Source of the DNA: an uncultured virus (IMG/VR IMGVR_UViG_3300028416_000015)
Lineage: Duplodnaviria; Heunggongvirae; Uroviricota; Caudoviricetes; Crassvirales
IMG/VR virus record: IMGVR_UViG_3300028416_000015
DNA length: 20,000 nucleotides
Direction: 5' to 3' (one strand)
Notes under the pieces: generated by a model
Database searches by the model: none
Told to the model about the DNA's origin: nothing
The model's input: only the letters and a program-made list of their open reading frames with translations
Shown here: positions 7,504-15,628 of the stretch, piece after piece
Numbering within the stretch: position 1 is the first letter of the stretch
How the letters are laid out: every line of letters starts with the position of its first letter
Program-made: the position numbers and the translations under genes

Positions 7504-7895
7504 TAGTATTAGGTGTAATTTTAGTAGGATTAGCAGGATTTTTTAAAGCTGTGATGGATAAACTTCAGTTCCATTGGCATAGATCTGTGTTTGCTGTGAA
7601 TCCTGTTCGTTATAGGGAGTTGTTTTGGAATCCATCTATCAGCTGGATAAACAAGTATGAGCCAGGGACTAACTATAAGGAAGAAAGGTTTAAATTCTCA
7701 ACAACATTGTTAGTATTTTTAACAGATGCTTGGCATTTGGCACAAATGAGTATGACGTTATTGCTTTTTGTTGGTATTGGTATGATAGGCTATATGTCTG
7801 ATAGCTTTTTACAGTTATTATTGTTCGTATCTTTGGCTAGAATACTATACGGAGTTACATTTGAGTTGAGTTTTAAATATTTATTAGAAGCATAA
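7500..7895 (+). CDS. Multi-pass membrane protein
   Basis: ATG 7500 overlaps the previous stop; several hydrophobic segments; TDAWH motif. Confidence 0.75.
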   Translation: MIVLGVILVGLAGFFKAVMDKLQFHWHRSVFAVNPVRYRELFWNPSISWINKYEPGTNYKEERFKFSTTLLVFLTDAWHLAQMSMTLLLFVGIGMIGYMSDSFLQLLLFVSLARILYGVTFELSFKYLLEA

Positions 7896-8032
7896 TGGTT
7901 AGATTTGTTGATAAGTTCGCTACTACTAGTTGTTTGACTCTAGGGAATTATTATATAGTAGACCGTGTTGAAGGAAATTACTATAGATTAGTAAACGTAA
8001 AGTATAAATATCCAAAATATTATTTCGAATGA
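7895..8032 (+). CDS. Hypothetical protein (45 aa)
   Basis: Manual translation MVRFVDKFATTSCLTLGNYY...; TAATG and ATGA coupling with neighbours. Confidence 0.55.
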   Translation: MVRFVDKFATTSCLTLGNYYIVDRVEGNYYRLVNVKYKYPKYYFE

Positions 8033-8340
8033 AGGTAAAAGTAAAATGCATCGATGATAGTATAAAGCCAGAATTCATTATAGAAACAGTAAAGTATTTT
8101 AAAAATTGGCTCGTGAAGGGCGAGATATACACTGTTTATGATGTTGTAAATAACGATGGCATAGTGGAGGGGTATTTATTGGAAGAGCTAGAGAACGAGC
8201 CAGTGTATCAAAAGTTATTAGGTAAGGAACAAGAACCCGCATTCAGAACTGATCGGTTTGAAGTCGTATCTTACGAAGAAGAAGAAGAGGAGGAAGAAAG
8301 TGAAGAAGTTGAGCATCTTTTTGAAGTATTTTTGAATTAA
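8029..8340 (+). CDS. Hypothetical protein with poly-Glu tail
   Basis: 103 aa; GAA/GAG run near 8275-8298. Confidence 0.75.
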   Translation: MKVKVKCIDDSIKPEFIIETVKYFKNWLVKGEIYTVYDVVNNDGIVEGYLLEELENEPVYQKLLGKEQEPAFRTDRFEVVSYEEEEEEEESEEVEHLFEVFLN

Positions 8341-8364
8341 ATTAAAAAATAATTACTATCTTTG
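8331..8364 (+). promoter_or_regulatory. Bacteroidota-type promoter
   Basis: TTTG 8331-8334, TATCTTTG 8357-8364; same 22-nt spacing as the promoter at 146-178. Confidence 0.65.
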
Positions 8365-8369
8365 TAACC

Positions 8370-8451
8370 GTTGAGTCGTACCAACATTTATGAAATTATT
8401 TAAAATCCCAGCAATGATAGGAAGTACGACCCTTGATTTGTTGGGTTTTTT
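8370..8451 (+). ncRNA. Putative structured 5' leader RNA (kissing-loop + terminator-like hairpin), copy 2
   Basis: P1 GUUG/CAAC with loop AGUCGUAC. P2 CCCAGCAA/UUGUUGGG, internal loop UGAU/UGAU, inner AGG/CCU, loop AAGUACGAC. GUCGUAC pairs with GUACGAC. U6, then ATG at 8457. Confidence 0.75.
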
Positions 8452-8456
8452 ATTAT

Positions 8457-9123
8457 ATGGAAATATTTAAAGACATACCTGGTTATGAGGGTATTTATCA
8501 AGTTAGTGATTTAGGTAGAGTTAAGAGCCTTAAGTTTAACAAAGAAAAAATATTAAAGCCAGGAGTAAATAATCATGGTTATTATACTGTAGTATTATGC
8601 AAAGGAAAACGAAAAACTATTAATGTACATCAATTGGTAGCTATGGCTTTTTTAAATCATGAGCCTTGTGGTTATAATGGATTAATAGTAGATCACAAAG
8701 ATAATAATCCTTTAAACAATAGATTATCTAATCTACAACTAATAAGTCAAAGAGAAAACACAAGTAAAGATAAAAAAGGATCATCTAAATACACTGGAGT
8801 TAGTTGGAATAACCCATAATAGTAAATGGGTTTCATCAATAGTAATAAACGGTAAATTAAAATACCTAGGTTATTTTGATTTAGAAGAAGAGGCAGGTAA
8901 ATATTATCAAGATGCGTTAAAATCTATAGAGGAAGGAAGTGAAATAATAGTTAAAGAACCTAAAACATCTTCTAAGTACAATGGTGTTTGTTGGGATAAA
9001 AGAGCTAATAAATGGAGATCTGTTATAAAAATAAACGGAAAACAAAAACACTTAGGTAGTTTCAACTGTGAACTAGCAGCATCTGCTGCATATCAAAAAA
9101 AACTAGCCGAAATAAGTAAATAA
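8457..9123 (+). pseudogene. NUMOD4-HNH-AP2-AP2 homing endonuclease, split by a +1 frameshift near 8813-8815
   Basis: NUMOD4 (FKDIPGYEGIYQVSDLGRVKS) and HNH (VDHKDNNPLNNRLSNL). AP2 starts SSKYTGVSW, stops at 8819, and resumes in the +1 frame (HNSKWVSSIVINGKLKYLGYF...SSKYNGVCWDKRANKWRSVIKINGKQKHLGSF) to TAA 9121-9123. Confidence 0.85.
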
Positions 9124-9163
9124 ATAAATAAATTGATTATCTTTATAAAAAATTTAATAGAAA

Positions 9164-10648
9164 ATGGACAAAAAATTAGAAAAAATGGTCGTTTTTGATA
9201 AGAAAGACTTATTAGAAGGAGTTGAGACTTTAAGAAACGCAGTTGAAGTAACATTAGGACCTAAAGGGGAGTACGTTCTGCTGCAATCGCCACTCTATGT
9301 TGGCGGTAAGGCTTACACTAAGGACGGCGTAAGTGTTGCTAAGGCGGTTATCTTAGACAATAAGATTCAAGATCTTGGTATTCAAACGGTTAGAGAGGCT
9401 GCTCTTAAGACAGCTGAGGAGTCTGGTGACGGAACTAGTAATACAATCATCGTGGCTTCATCGTTGGTTGAGGCAGCAGATGACTTTATTGATGAGAGTC
9501 ATAACAAGAATGAGGTTATTCGTGACATGAATGCGATAGCCAAAGAGGTTGAGAAGTATTTATTGAAGAAATCTAAGAAGTGTAATAACTTGACTTTGCG
9601 TAAAGTCGCTGAGATAGCAGGTAATGGCGATAAATCTACAGCTAAAATGGTTGCTGACTTGTATAAGAATACAGAGCAGATAATTTTAGAGAGAGGTAAA
9701 AAGTCTAGTACTTATTCAGAGGTTATTGATGGTTTAGTTATTGACCGTGGTTTTACGTCTAAGTTCTTTGTTAATAATCAGAAGAGACAAGAGTGCGTTT
9801 TAGAGGACGCTTTAATCTTATTCACTGATACAGAGATAGATAACACTCAGTCTATTGAGCATGTATTAAAATATGTTGTTAAGGAGGATATTCCTTTACT
9901 TATCGTAGGTAATTTAACAGCTCCTGCATTGGCTACAATGAACTTGAACGTTCAGAAGGGGAATATTAAGTTTGCTAATATAATTCCACCTAGTATGGGT
10001 TATCAGAAGGAATTACTTATGACAGACTTAGCTGCTATGAGTGGTGGTATCTTCTATAGTGAGATGAGTGGTGATAATCTTAGAGATGTTACTTTAGAAG
10101 GTCTAGGTAAAGCCTCTAAGGTTGTTGTAGGTAAAGATAAGACTATTATTATACCAAAAGAAGAGAATACAAGCTATTTAAACGAAATCAAAGGTTCTGA
10201 ACAGACAGACTTCTTAAAAGAGCGTATAAGTAAGATTTCTGGAAACTTATCTACTATATATGTAGGAGCTAAAACTGAGTCAGAGACTAATGAGTTGTAT
10301 GACAGAATAGAAGATGTTATCTTGAGTTGTAAATCAGCTATCGAGCAAGGTGTATTACCTGGTGGAGGTGTAGCGTTAAAGGATGCGTTCTTGAATTGTG
10401 ATATTGAAGCTAGTGATGTAGCTTATAAGATAATGAGACAAGGGTTATTCACACCTATACAAACATTATCTGGATATAAGCCTGTGAATACGGAGAGAGG
10501 GATAGGTTATGACGCAAGAACTGGAGAAGAATGTGATGTAGCTAAGAAAGGGATTTATGATCCAACTAAAGTTACAATATCAGTTCTTCAGAACTCTATG
10601 TCTGTAGCAACAACAATTATTAACACAAAAACTATTGTCTTACAATGA
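9164..10648 (+). CDS. groEL: Phage-encoded chaperonin GroEL-like (Cpn60)
   Basis: Motifs VTLGPKG, TKDGVSVAK, GDGT, DRGF, DRIED, PGGGVAL, GIYDPTKV; 494 aa; no GGM tail. Confidence 0.95.
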   Translation: MDKKLEKMVVFDKKDLLEGVETLRNAVEVTLGPKGEYVLLQSPLYVGGKAYTKDGVSVAKAVILDNKIQDLGIQTVREAALKTAEESGDGTSNTIIVASSLVEAADDFIDESHNKNEVIRDMNAIAKEVEKYLLKKSKKCNNLTLRKVAEIAGNGDKSTAKMVADLYKNTEQIILERGKKSSTYSEVIDGLVIDRGFTSKFFVNNQKRQECVLEDALILFTDTEIDNTQSIEHVLKYVVKEDIPLLIVGNLTAPALATMNLNVQKGNIKFANIIPPSMGYQKELLMTDLAAMSGGIFYSEMSGDNLRDVTLEGLGKASKVVVGKDKTIIIPKEENTSYLNEIKGSEQTDFLKERISKISGNLSTIYVGAKTESETNELYDRIEDVILSCKSAIEQGVLPGGGVALKDAFLNCDIEASDVAYKIMRQGLFTPIQTLSGYKPVNTERGIGYDARTGEECDVAKKGIYDPTKVTISVLQNSMSVATTIINTKTIVLQ

Positions 10649-10920
10649 AAGCATTAGGACACTATATATTAATAAAGCCAATAGAGAAAACTAAGGAGAC
10701 CAATAAAAAGACAGGTCTCCTTCTAACCTCTACATCAGCAGAGAATGAGCGTTACCAAGAAGGTATCGTTCAACTTGTTGGAAATCAGATAGATACTATA
10801 AAAGAAGGTCAAAAAATCTCCTTCGACAAAGTCTCAGGTCATTATATCAAGATAGATGATGAGCATCTAATGATTATAACTTTTCGAGACGTTGTTCTAG
10901 TTTTTGATGAGGAGGAATAG
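10645..10920 (+). CDS. groES: Co-chaperonin GroES-like (Cpn10)
   Basis: MKALGHYILIK...TGLLL (mobile loop)...GIVQLVG...IKEGQKISF...DVV; 91 aa; ATGA-coupled to groEL. Confidence 0.85.
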   Translation: MKALGHYILIKPIEKTKETNKKTGLLLTSTSAENERYQEGIVQLVGNQIDTIKEGQKISFDKVSGHYIKIDDEHLMIITFRDVVLVFDEEE

Positions 10921-11386
10921 CAGCATCTATTTCTCTATTAACTGAATTGACTGCAGCTACCAGACCATTATTTTCATAACCTGTTAGCTGCATTCTTTTT
11001 TCTCCTTTGAATAGTTCATAAGTATGCTTAACTATGTTCTTTCCTTTAAGAGTCATGTGATAAAGGTCTCTTCTCATACCATCTTTCTTTTTACCAGCCC
11101 ACAAACATATTAACCCTCTGTCTAACAGGTATTCTAACGATCCGTTACCACTAGCGTTCATTCTATAGGTTCTTATTATGTCTGACTTACCGAAAATATG
11201 TTCTGTATATAGGTAGAACAGCACATCTAGGTCTGCCTTTTTTATTTGGTATTTATTTGATACAAACCTTATGATAATCTTATGGTATTTCATAAAGTCG
11301 TTAGTTGGGTTTGTGTATCCGTAATTCTTGTATCTTACTTTTTTCTTTCTTTTAGTGTGTACAGGTATGTAATATCTATCGCTCAT
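10874..11386 (-). CDS. Putative winged-helix (MarR-like) DNA-binding protein
   Basis: Likely start ATG 11386 (MSDRYY), downstream of a minus-strand TATCTTTG. DLDVLFYL...LEYLLDRGLI...RRDLYHMTLKGK resembles a MarR-type wHTH wing. Confidence 0.65.
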   Translation of the reverse strand: MSDRYYIPVHTKRKKKVRYKNYGYTNPTNDFMKYHKIIIRFVSNKYQIKKADLDVLFYLYTEHIFGKSDIIRTYRMNASGNGSLEYLLDRGLICLWAGKKKDGMRRDLYHMTLKGKNIVKHTYELFKGEKRMQLTGYENNGLVAAVNSVNREIDAAIPPHQKLEQRLEKL

Positions 11387-11394
11387 ATTTTTAG

Positions 11395-11426
11395 TATATT
11401 TGTATTTAATTTTTTTTACAAAGATA
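11395..11426. promoter_or_regulatory. Face-to-face promoters for divergent genes
   Basis: Plus TATATTTG 11395-11402 and minus TATCTTTG 11426-11419, within a 40-nt intergenic gap. Confidence 0.6.
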
Positions 11427-12737
11427 ATGATATTTGCTCGACCTTTAAAATATGTATTAGGTAGAATTGTCCCTTTTGGGCAGTTTGAGACTATTAATCC
11501 TATTAATTTAGGTACAGGTGAAGCAGATAGTAATAAATTTTTGAATGGAGATGGGCTTTGGGCTAATATAACTGGGGGAGATATTAATATTGACGATTTT
11601 GTTTTTGTATCTGCAAAATCTGATTTGCCTACACCAGTATCAAACGTAATAACCTTAGCAGACAACGTAACTTATTACTTCACTACAACAGTAGATTTAT
11701 TAGGAGATAGATTAGTAGGTGGGGAGAACACAGTTATACTTGGTGCTTCTTCTGAAAATAGTAGAATTAAATCAACTGGGTTAGGTGTTGGAGTAGCTTT
11801 ATTCACTACTGAATGGACAACACCAATAAGACACGTAACTTTTCAAGATGTAGATACTGCTTTAGACATAGATGGAAGTGTTAATCCTCCATTAGCTTTA
11901 GATTGGACAGGAGTAAACTTTCTAAACGTGCCTAATATAGGTAAAATTGACACTGCTGATAACTGGATATATTCTAAAGGTGCATTTCTTAATAGTCAAA
12001 ATTTGCAATTTGATGGAAGTCATGGGACAATAGGAATAGACAATAGTATTTTTGTTGGTAGTGGCTCGGCTGGAAATATATTAGATGTACTTTCGACTTG
12101 TACAATTACAAGAAGATTTAGGTTAATTTATAGTTCTGTTGTGGCTTTCGGCTCTAGTGTGGGTATAAATGTTGATGTAAGTGCAACTATACCAACAGAG
12201 GGTTATATTTTAGATACAATAAACTTTAGTGGTGGTGGTACTTATTTAAGTGGTGTTGATTATACCGATAATAAAACACGTTTTGTTAACTCTAAAGGTA
12301 TTGATAATACTGCTGAGATAGGTAACTATTTTATGACAAATAATGCTACTACAACAACTATTTCAACAGTAGATACACCTGTTAAAGCATTAGGTACAAC
12401 AACTGCAAACGCTATAAATCAAAAATTCACTCATACAGATAATAGACTTACTTATGTAGGTGCTTTAATTCGTGATTTTCAAGTTACTGCTACTATATCC
12501 TTAACAAGTGGTAATAATAAGGTTATAGGTGTTTATGTAGCTAAGAATGGTACAGTAATAACATCAAGTGAAATGTATTCAACAACTTCGGGAAGTGGTC
12601 GTGCTGAATCCGTTACTTGCCAAACTATCTTAGAATTAAACGAAAATGATTATGTTGAAATTTGGGTAGAAAATTCAAGTAATACAGATGATGTGACAGT
12701 TGAGTATTTGAACGTAATATGTAAATCTTTAAATTAA
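11427..12737 (+). CDS. Virion/tail-fibre-like protein, beta-rich, with C1q/TNF-like C-terminal domain
   Basis: Start ATG 11427 (MIFARP); T/S/G/N-rich; ends ...ILELNENDYVEIWVEN, typical of C1q/BclA-C-like folds. Confidence 0.6.
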   Translation: MIFARPLKYVLGRIVPFGQFETINPINLGTGEADSNKFLNGDGLWANITGGDINIDDFVFVSAKSDLPTPVSNVITLADNVTYYFTTTVDLLGDRLVGGENTVILGASSENSRIKSTGLGVGVALFTTEWTTPIRHVTFQDVDTALDIDGSVNPPLALDWTGVNFLNVPNIGKIDTADNWIYSKGAFLNSQNLQFDGSHGTIGIDNSIFVGSGSAGNILDVLSTCTITRRFRLIYSSVVAFGSSVGINVDVSATIPTEGYILDTINFSGGGTYLSGVDYTDNKTRFVNSKGIDNTAEIGNYFMTNNATTTTISTVDTPVKALGTTTANAINQKFTHTDNRLTYVGALIRDFQVTATISLTSGNNKVIGVYVAKNGTVITSSEMYSTTSGSGRAESVTCQTILELNENDYVEIWVENSSNTDDVTVEYLNVICKSLN

Positions 12738-12740
12738 ATA

Positions 12741-12917
12741 ATGATACAAGTAACAAGTAAGCAAAAAGGGCTCGGAGATACTATCGAGTACATTACCGAG
12801 AAGACAGGTATAAAATATGCTGTAGAAATGGCTACTAAGGCTGTAGGTATAAAAGATTGTGGGTGTAATAAAAGAAAAGATATACTTAATAAATATGTGA
12901 ATTATGGGAGAAAGTAA
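12741..12917 (+). CDS. Small phage protein (GLGDT...TGIK...DCGC motif), 58 aa
   Basis: Manual translation MIQVTSKQKGLGDTIEYITEKTGIKYAVEMATKAVGIKDCGCNKRKDILNKYVNYGRK. Confidence 0.75.
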   Translation: MIQVTSKQKGLGDTIEYITEKTGIKYAVEMATKAVGIKDCGCNKRKDILNKYVNYGRK

Positions 12918-13164
12918 GTCAAGTAAATATTACGCATCTAATCCAGCAGCGAAAGCAAAAAAGAACGCTTACCAAAAGGAATATAACAAAACAACAGCTG
13001 CTAAGAAACACAGAGCTGAATGTAATAAAGGTAGAAAGAAGTTAGGATTAAAGAAAGGTGATAAGAGAGATGCTAGTCATACAAAGTCAGGTAAAATGGT
13101 AGCAGAAAAGAGGTCTACTAATAGAGCTAGGCAAGGAGCTGGAGGCAAAAGAAAATTGAAATAA
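12904..13164 (+). CDS. Small very basic protein, minimal HNH-like
   Basis: 86 aa, K/R-rich; DASH...STNRAR resembles a reduced HNH motif. Confidence 0.65.
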   Translation: MGESKSSKYYASNPAAKAKKNAYQKEYNKTTAAKKHRAECNKGRKKLGLKKGDKRDASHTKSGKMVAEKRSTNRARQGAGGKRKLK

Positions 13165-13169
13165 ATTCG

Positions 13170-13177
13170 TAACTTTG
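13170..13177 (+). promoter_or_regulatory. -7 promoter element
   Basis: TAACTTTG in the intergenic gap, 22 nt before ATG 13200; no clear -33 element. Confidence 0.5.
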
Positions 13178-13199
13178 TATCACTTAAAAAATTACAGAA

Positions 13200-13553
13200 A
13201 TGGTAAAACAGAAACAAAGATATATACCTAAAGTTAACAATGTAGATGTTACAGGGTGGAACGCTGCAACGGACTTCACTACTGACTTTATAGAGTTCCC
13301 AGAGTCAACACAGTGGCTTTTAGATGTTCAAGATTGGGCGAGTGTAACAGCTGGAACACCAGTACTTAGCATTTTGGTAAGTAATGAGCAAGATGGAGAA
13401 TATAAGAACTATAGTGCGTTAGCTTCATCTATTGACTTAACTGTTGCTAACAATAGGGTAATATATGATGAGATTTTCTCTAGTAGATATATGAAGATTC
13501 AATATACTTCAGGTGGATCTACAGGTACGTTTGATTTAATACTTAGTAAATAA
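13200..13553 (+). CDS. Putative virion protein
   Basis: 117 aa, beta-strand-like, in the structural cluster. Confidence 0.6.
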   Translation: MVKQKQRYIPKVNNVDVTGWNAATDFTTDFIEFPESTQWLLDVQDWASVTAGTPVLSILVSNEQDGEYKNYSALASSIDLTVANNRVIYDEIFSSRYMKIQYTSGGSTGTFDLILSK

Positions 13554-14731
13554 TGGATTTAAGGAAACAGAATGACATAGTAACTCCTAGTGAGATAGTA
13601 AATTTTGACCAAGACACTCCTACAACTGGAGGTGTTGTTTTTGATCCTAATACTCCAGCTACAACAGATGTTTTATATGTATCTAGTACTAATGCTAGTA
13701 CTTGGATATATAACGGTTCATCTTACGTTACTTATGATGTACCTAAAGTTCAGTCTACACCATTTTTTCTTTATGGTACAGATATAGATGCTGGAGGAAA
13801 TAAAACAGCCTTTATACAGCGTAATGGTCCTATATTTATTAATTCAGGTGCAGCTAACGGTAGTAGGTACGCTGGATATATTTACAGCAGAACAACATCT
13901 GGAGTAAGTAATGGGCTTGTAGTAAAAAAGGATTTAAGAACTACGTCTGGTAATTATTTACTTTTACAAGGTCAGAATTTTTCTACAGGTGCTACAGAGG
14001 ACAAGTTTAAAGTAGATCACGATGGTAAGACATCATCTTACGGTACTCATCAACCTAATATTCAATCAGTAGTTTCTTCGGCAACAGTAACACCAAACGC
14101 AGATACGGATGATGAAGTAGTAATTACAGCACAAGCAGAAGCCTTGACTATTGCTAATCCTAGTGGTACACCAACTGATGGTCAAGCTATGTTTATAAGG
14201 ATTTATGACGATGGTACAGCTAGAGGTATTACATGGGGAGTTAATTACGCAGGAACAGGTTTACCGACAACAACAGTAGTTGGAACAAGCATCTACGTTC
14301 CGATAGTGTATAATTCATCTACAAGCAAATGGGATAATATAGACCAAACAGGGGTAGTTAATTCTATTCCAGTATCTATTCAGTTAGCTATTTCAGATGA
14401 AACCACAGCACTAACAACAGGCACATCTAAATTGACTTTTAGAATGCCTCATGCTATGACTTTAACAGAGGTAAGAGCGAGTTTAACAGGAGCAGGTTCT
14501 ACAAGTGGAACTACTACTTTTGATATAAATGAGGGTGGAGTGAGTGTTCTTTCAACTAAGTTGACTATTGATTTTGGAGATACTACTTCGGTTGGAGCTA
14601 CAACTCCTGCTGTAATTTCAGATAGTGATTTAGCAGATGATTCTGTTATAACGATAGATATTGATGCTGTTACAGGTGGAGCAGATGAAACAGGTGGTAA
14701 AATAACATTAATAGGAACTAGGTTGTTATGA
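13553..14731 (+). CDS. Tail fibre-like mosaic protein
   Basis: 392 aa, T/G/S-rich, modular; coupled to neighbours. Confidence 0.6.
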   Translation: MDLRKQNDIVTPSEIVNFDQDTPTTGGVVFDPNTPATTDVLYVSSTNASTWIYNGSSYVTYDVPKVQSTPFFLYGTDIDAGGNKTAFIQRNGPIFINSGAANGSRYAGYIYSRTTSGVSNGLVVKKDLRTTSGNYLLLQGQNFSTGATEDKFKVDHDGKTSSYGTHQPNIQSVVSSATVTPNADTDDEVVITAQAEALTIANPSGTPTDGQAMFIRIYDDGTARGITWGVNYAGTGLPTTTVVGTSIYVPIVYNSSTSKWDNIDQTGVVNSIPVSIQLAISDETTALTTGTSKLTFRMPHAMTLTEVRASLTGAGSTSGTTTFDINEGGVSVLSTKLTIDFGDTTSVGATTPAVISDSDLADDSVITIDIDAVTGGADETGGKITLIGTRLL

Positions 14732-15405
14732 TAATAAATCCTTATATATTTGGCGGTGCTACTAATCCTCTTTGGAATGGATTACAAGCCTACTATACAG
14801 CTGATAGTACTCCTAACGATGCAATAGGTAGCAATAACGGTACACTTGTAAACGGTGCAACTTATGGGACTGGAATAATTAATCAAGGTTTTAGCTTAGA
14901 TGGTGTTAACGATTATATTGATATGGGTACTTCATTTCCAATTATTACTGGAGATATGACTCTATCATTTTGGTTTAAAGGTTCTTTTCAAAATGCATCT
15001 GTAGGACATTTAAATAGAATGGGAGGACCTGGGTTTCGTGGTTTTTTATTTGGAGCAAATAATACTAACAATTTTTTAAGATTTGATATCTCCCCGGACG
15101 GGTTAACGTTAAAACAATTAACTTATTCACATGGTAGCACTTTTTCAGCAACAACATGGTATCATGCAGTTGCAGTTTTCAAAACTTCTAGTTATATGCG
15201 TATCTATTTAAACGGTAGTCAAGTAGCTGAAGAAACTGCTTCTATACCTTCTACTCAAACTCAGCCTAGTTCATTTGTTTTTGATATAGGCAAGAGAGGT
15301 TCATTAATGGGTGTTACAGATGAAATAGGTGTTTGGAATAGAGAATTAACACCAACAGAAGTAACAGAATTATATAACAGTGGTTCAGCATTACAATATT
15401 CATAA
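14728..15405 (+). CDS. LamG/concanavalin A-like jellyroll protein, copy 1
   Basis: LDGVNDYI, TLSFWFK, TWYHAVAV, IYLNG, DEIGVWNRELTPTEVTELY: Laminin_G_3 signature. Confidence 0.85.
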   Translation: MIINPYIFGGATNPLWNGLQAYYTADSTPNDAIGSNNGTLVNGATYGTGIINQGFSLDGVNDYIDMGTSFPIITGDMTLSFWFKGSFQNASVGHLNRMGGPGFRGFLFGANNTNNFLRFDISPDGLTLKQLTYSHGSTFSATTWYHAVAVFKTSSYMRIYLNGSQVAEETASIPSTQTQPSSFVFDIGKRGSLMGVTDEIGVWNRELTPTEVTELYNSGSALQYS

Positions 15406-15422
15406 ATAAATAAAAAAAAATC

Positions 15423-15626
15423 ATGGCATACGCAATAAAACCAATAGCAGAATTAGAAACGTTTGATTATTCACTTTGTAGTGGTTATTCAACAAAGGAC
15501 ACAGTTAGAAAGTCATTAGACGGTCAATTCTTCTTAGTAGAGGGAGAAACTTTCACAGACTTTACACACGCTGAAATATTAGTGGAAATGGAAAAACCTA
15601 ATTGGACAGAACAAACACCGATATAA
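15423..15626 (+). CDS. Small acidic protein, LamG partner copy 1
   Basis: 67 aa, paralogous to 16341-16541 (VEGETF..FTH..IL....KP.WTEQ). Confidence 0.75.
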   Translation: MAYAIKPIAELETFDYSLCSGYSTKDTVRKSLDGQFFLVEGETFTDFTHAEILVEMEKPNWTEQTPI

Positions 15627-15628
15627 CT

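Noticed and set aside
7926..8132. 68-aa minus ORF
   Set aside because: Overlaps two translationally coupled plus-strand genes.
8433..8456. TTG start extending the NUMOD4 gene
   Set aside because: Lies inside the P2 hairpin; the paralog at 51 shows the start is MEIFKD (8457).
11387..11665. N-terminal extension of the 263-aa minus ORF, and plus ORF 11282-11464
   Set aside because: The extension is antisense to the 11427 gene and upstream of the minus-strand promoter; the plus ORF is a shadow of the wHTH gene.
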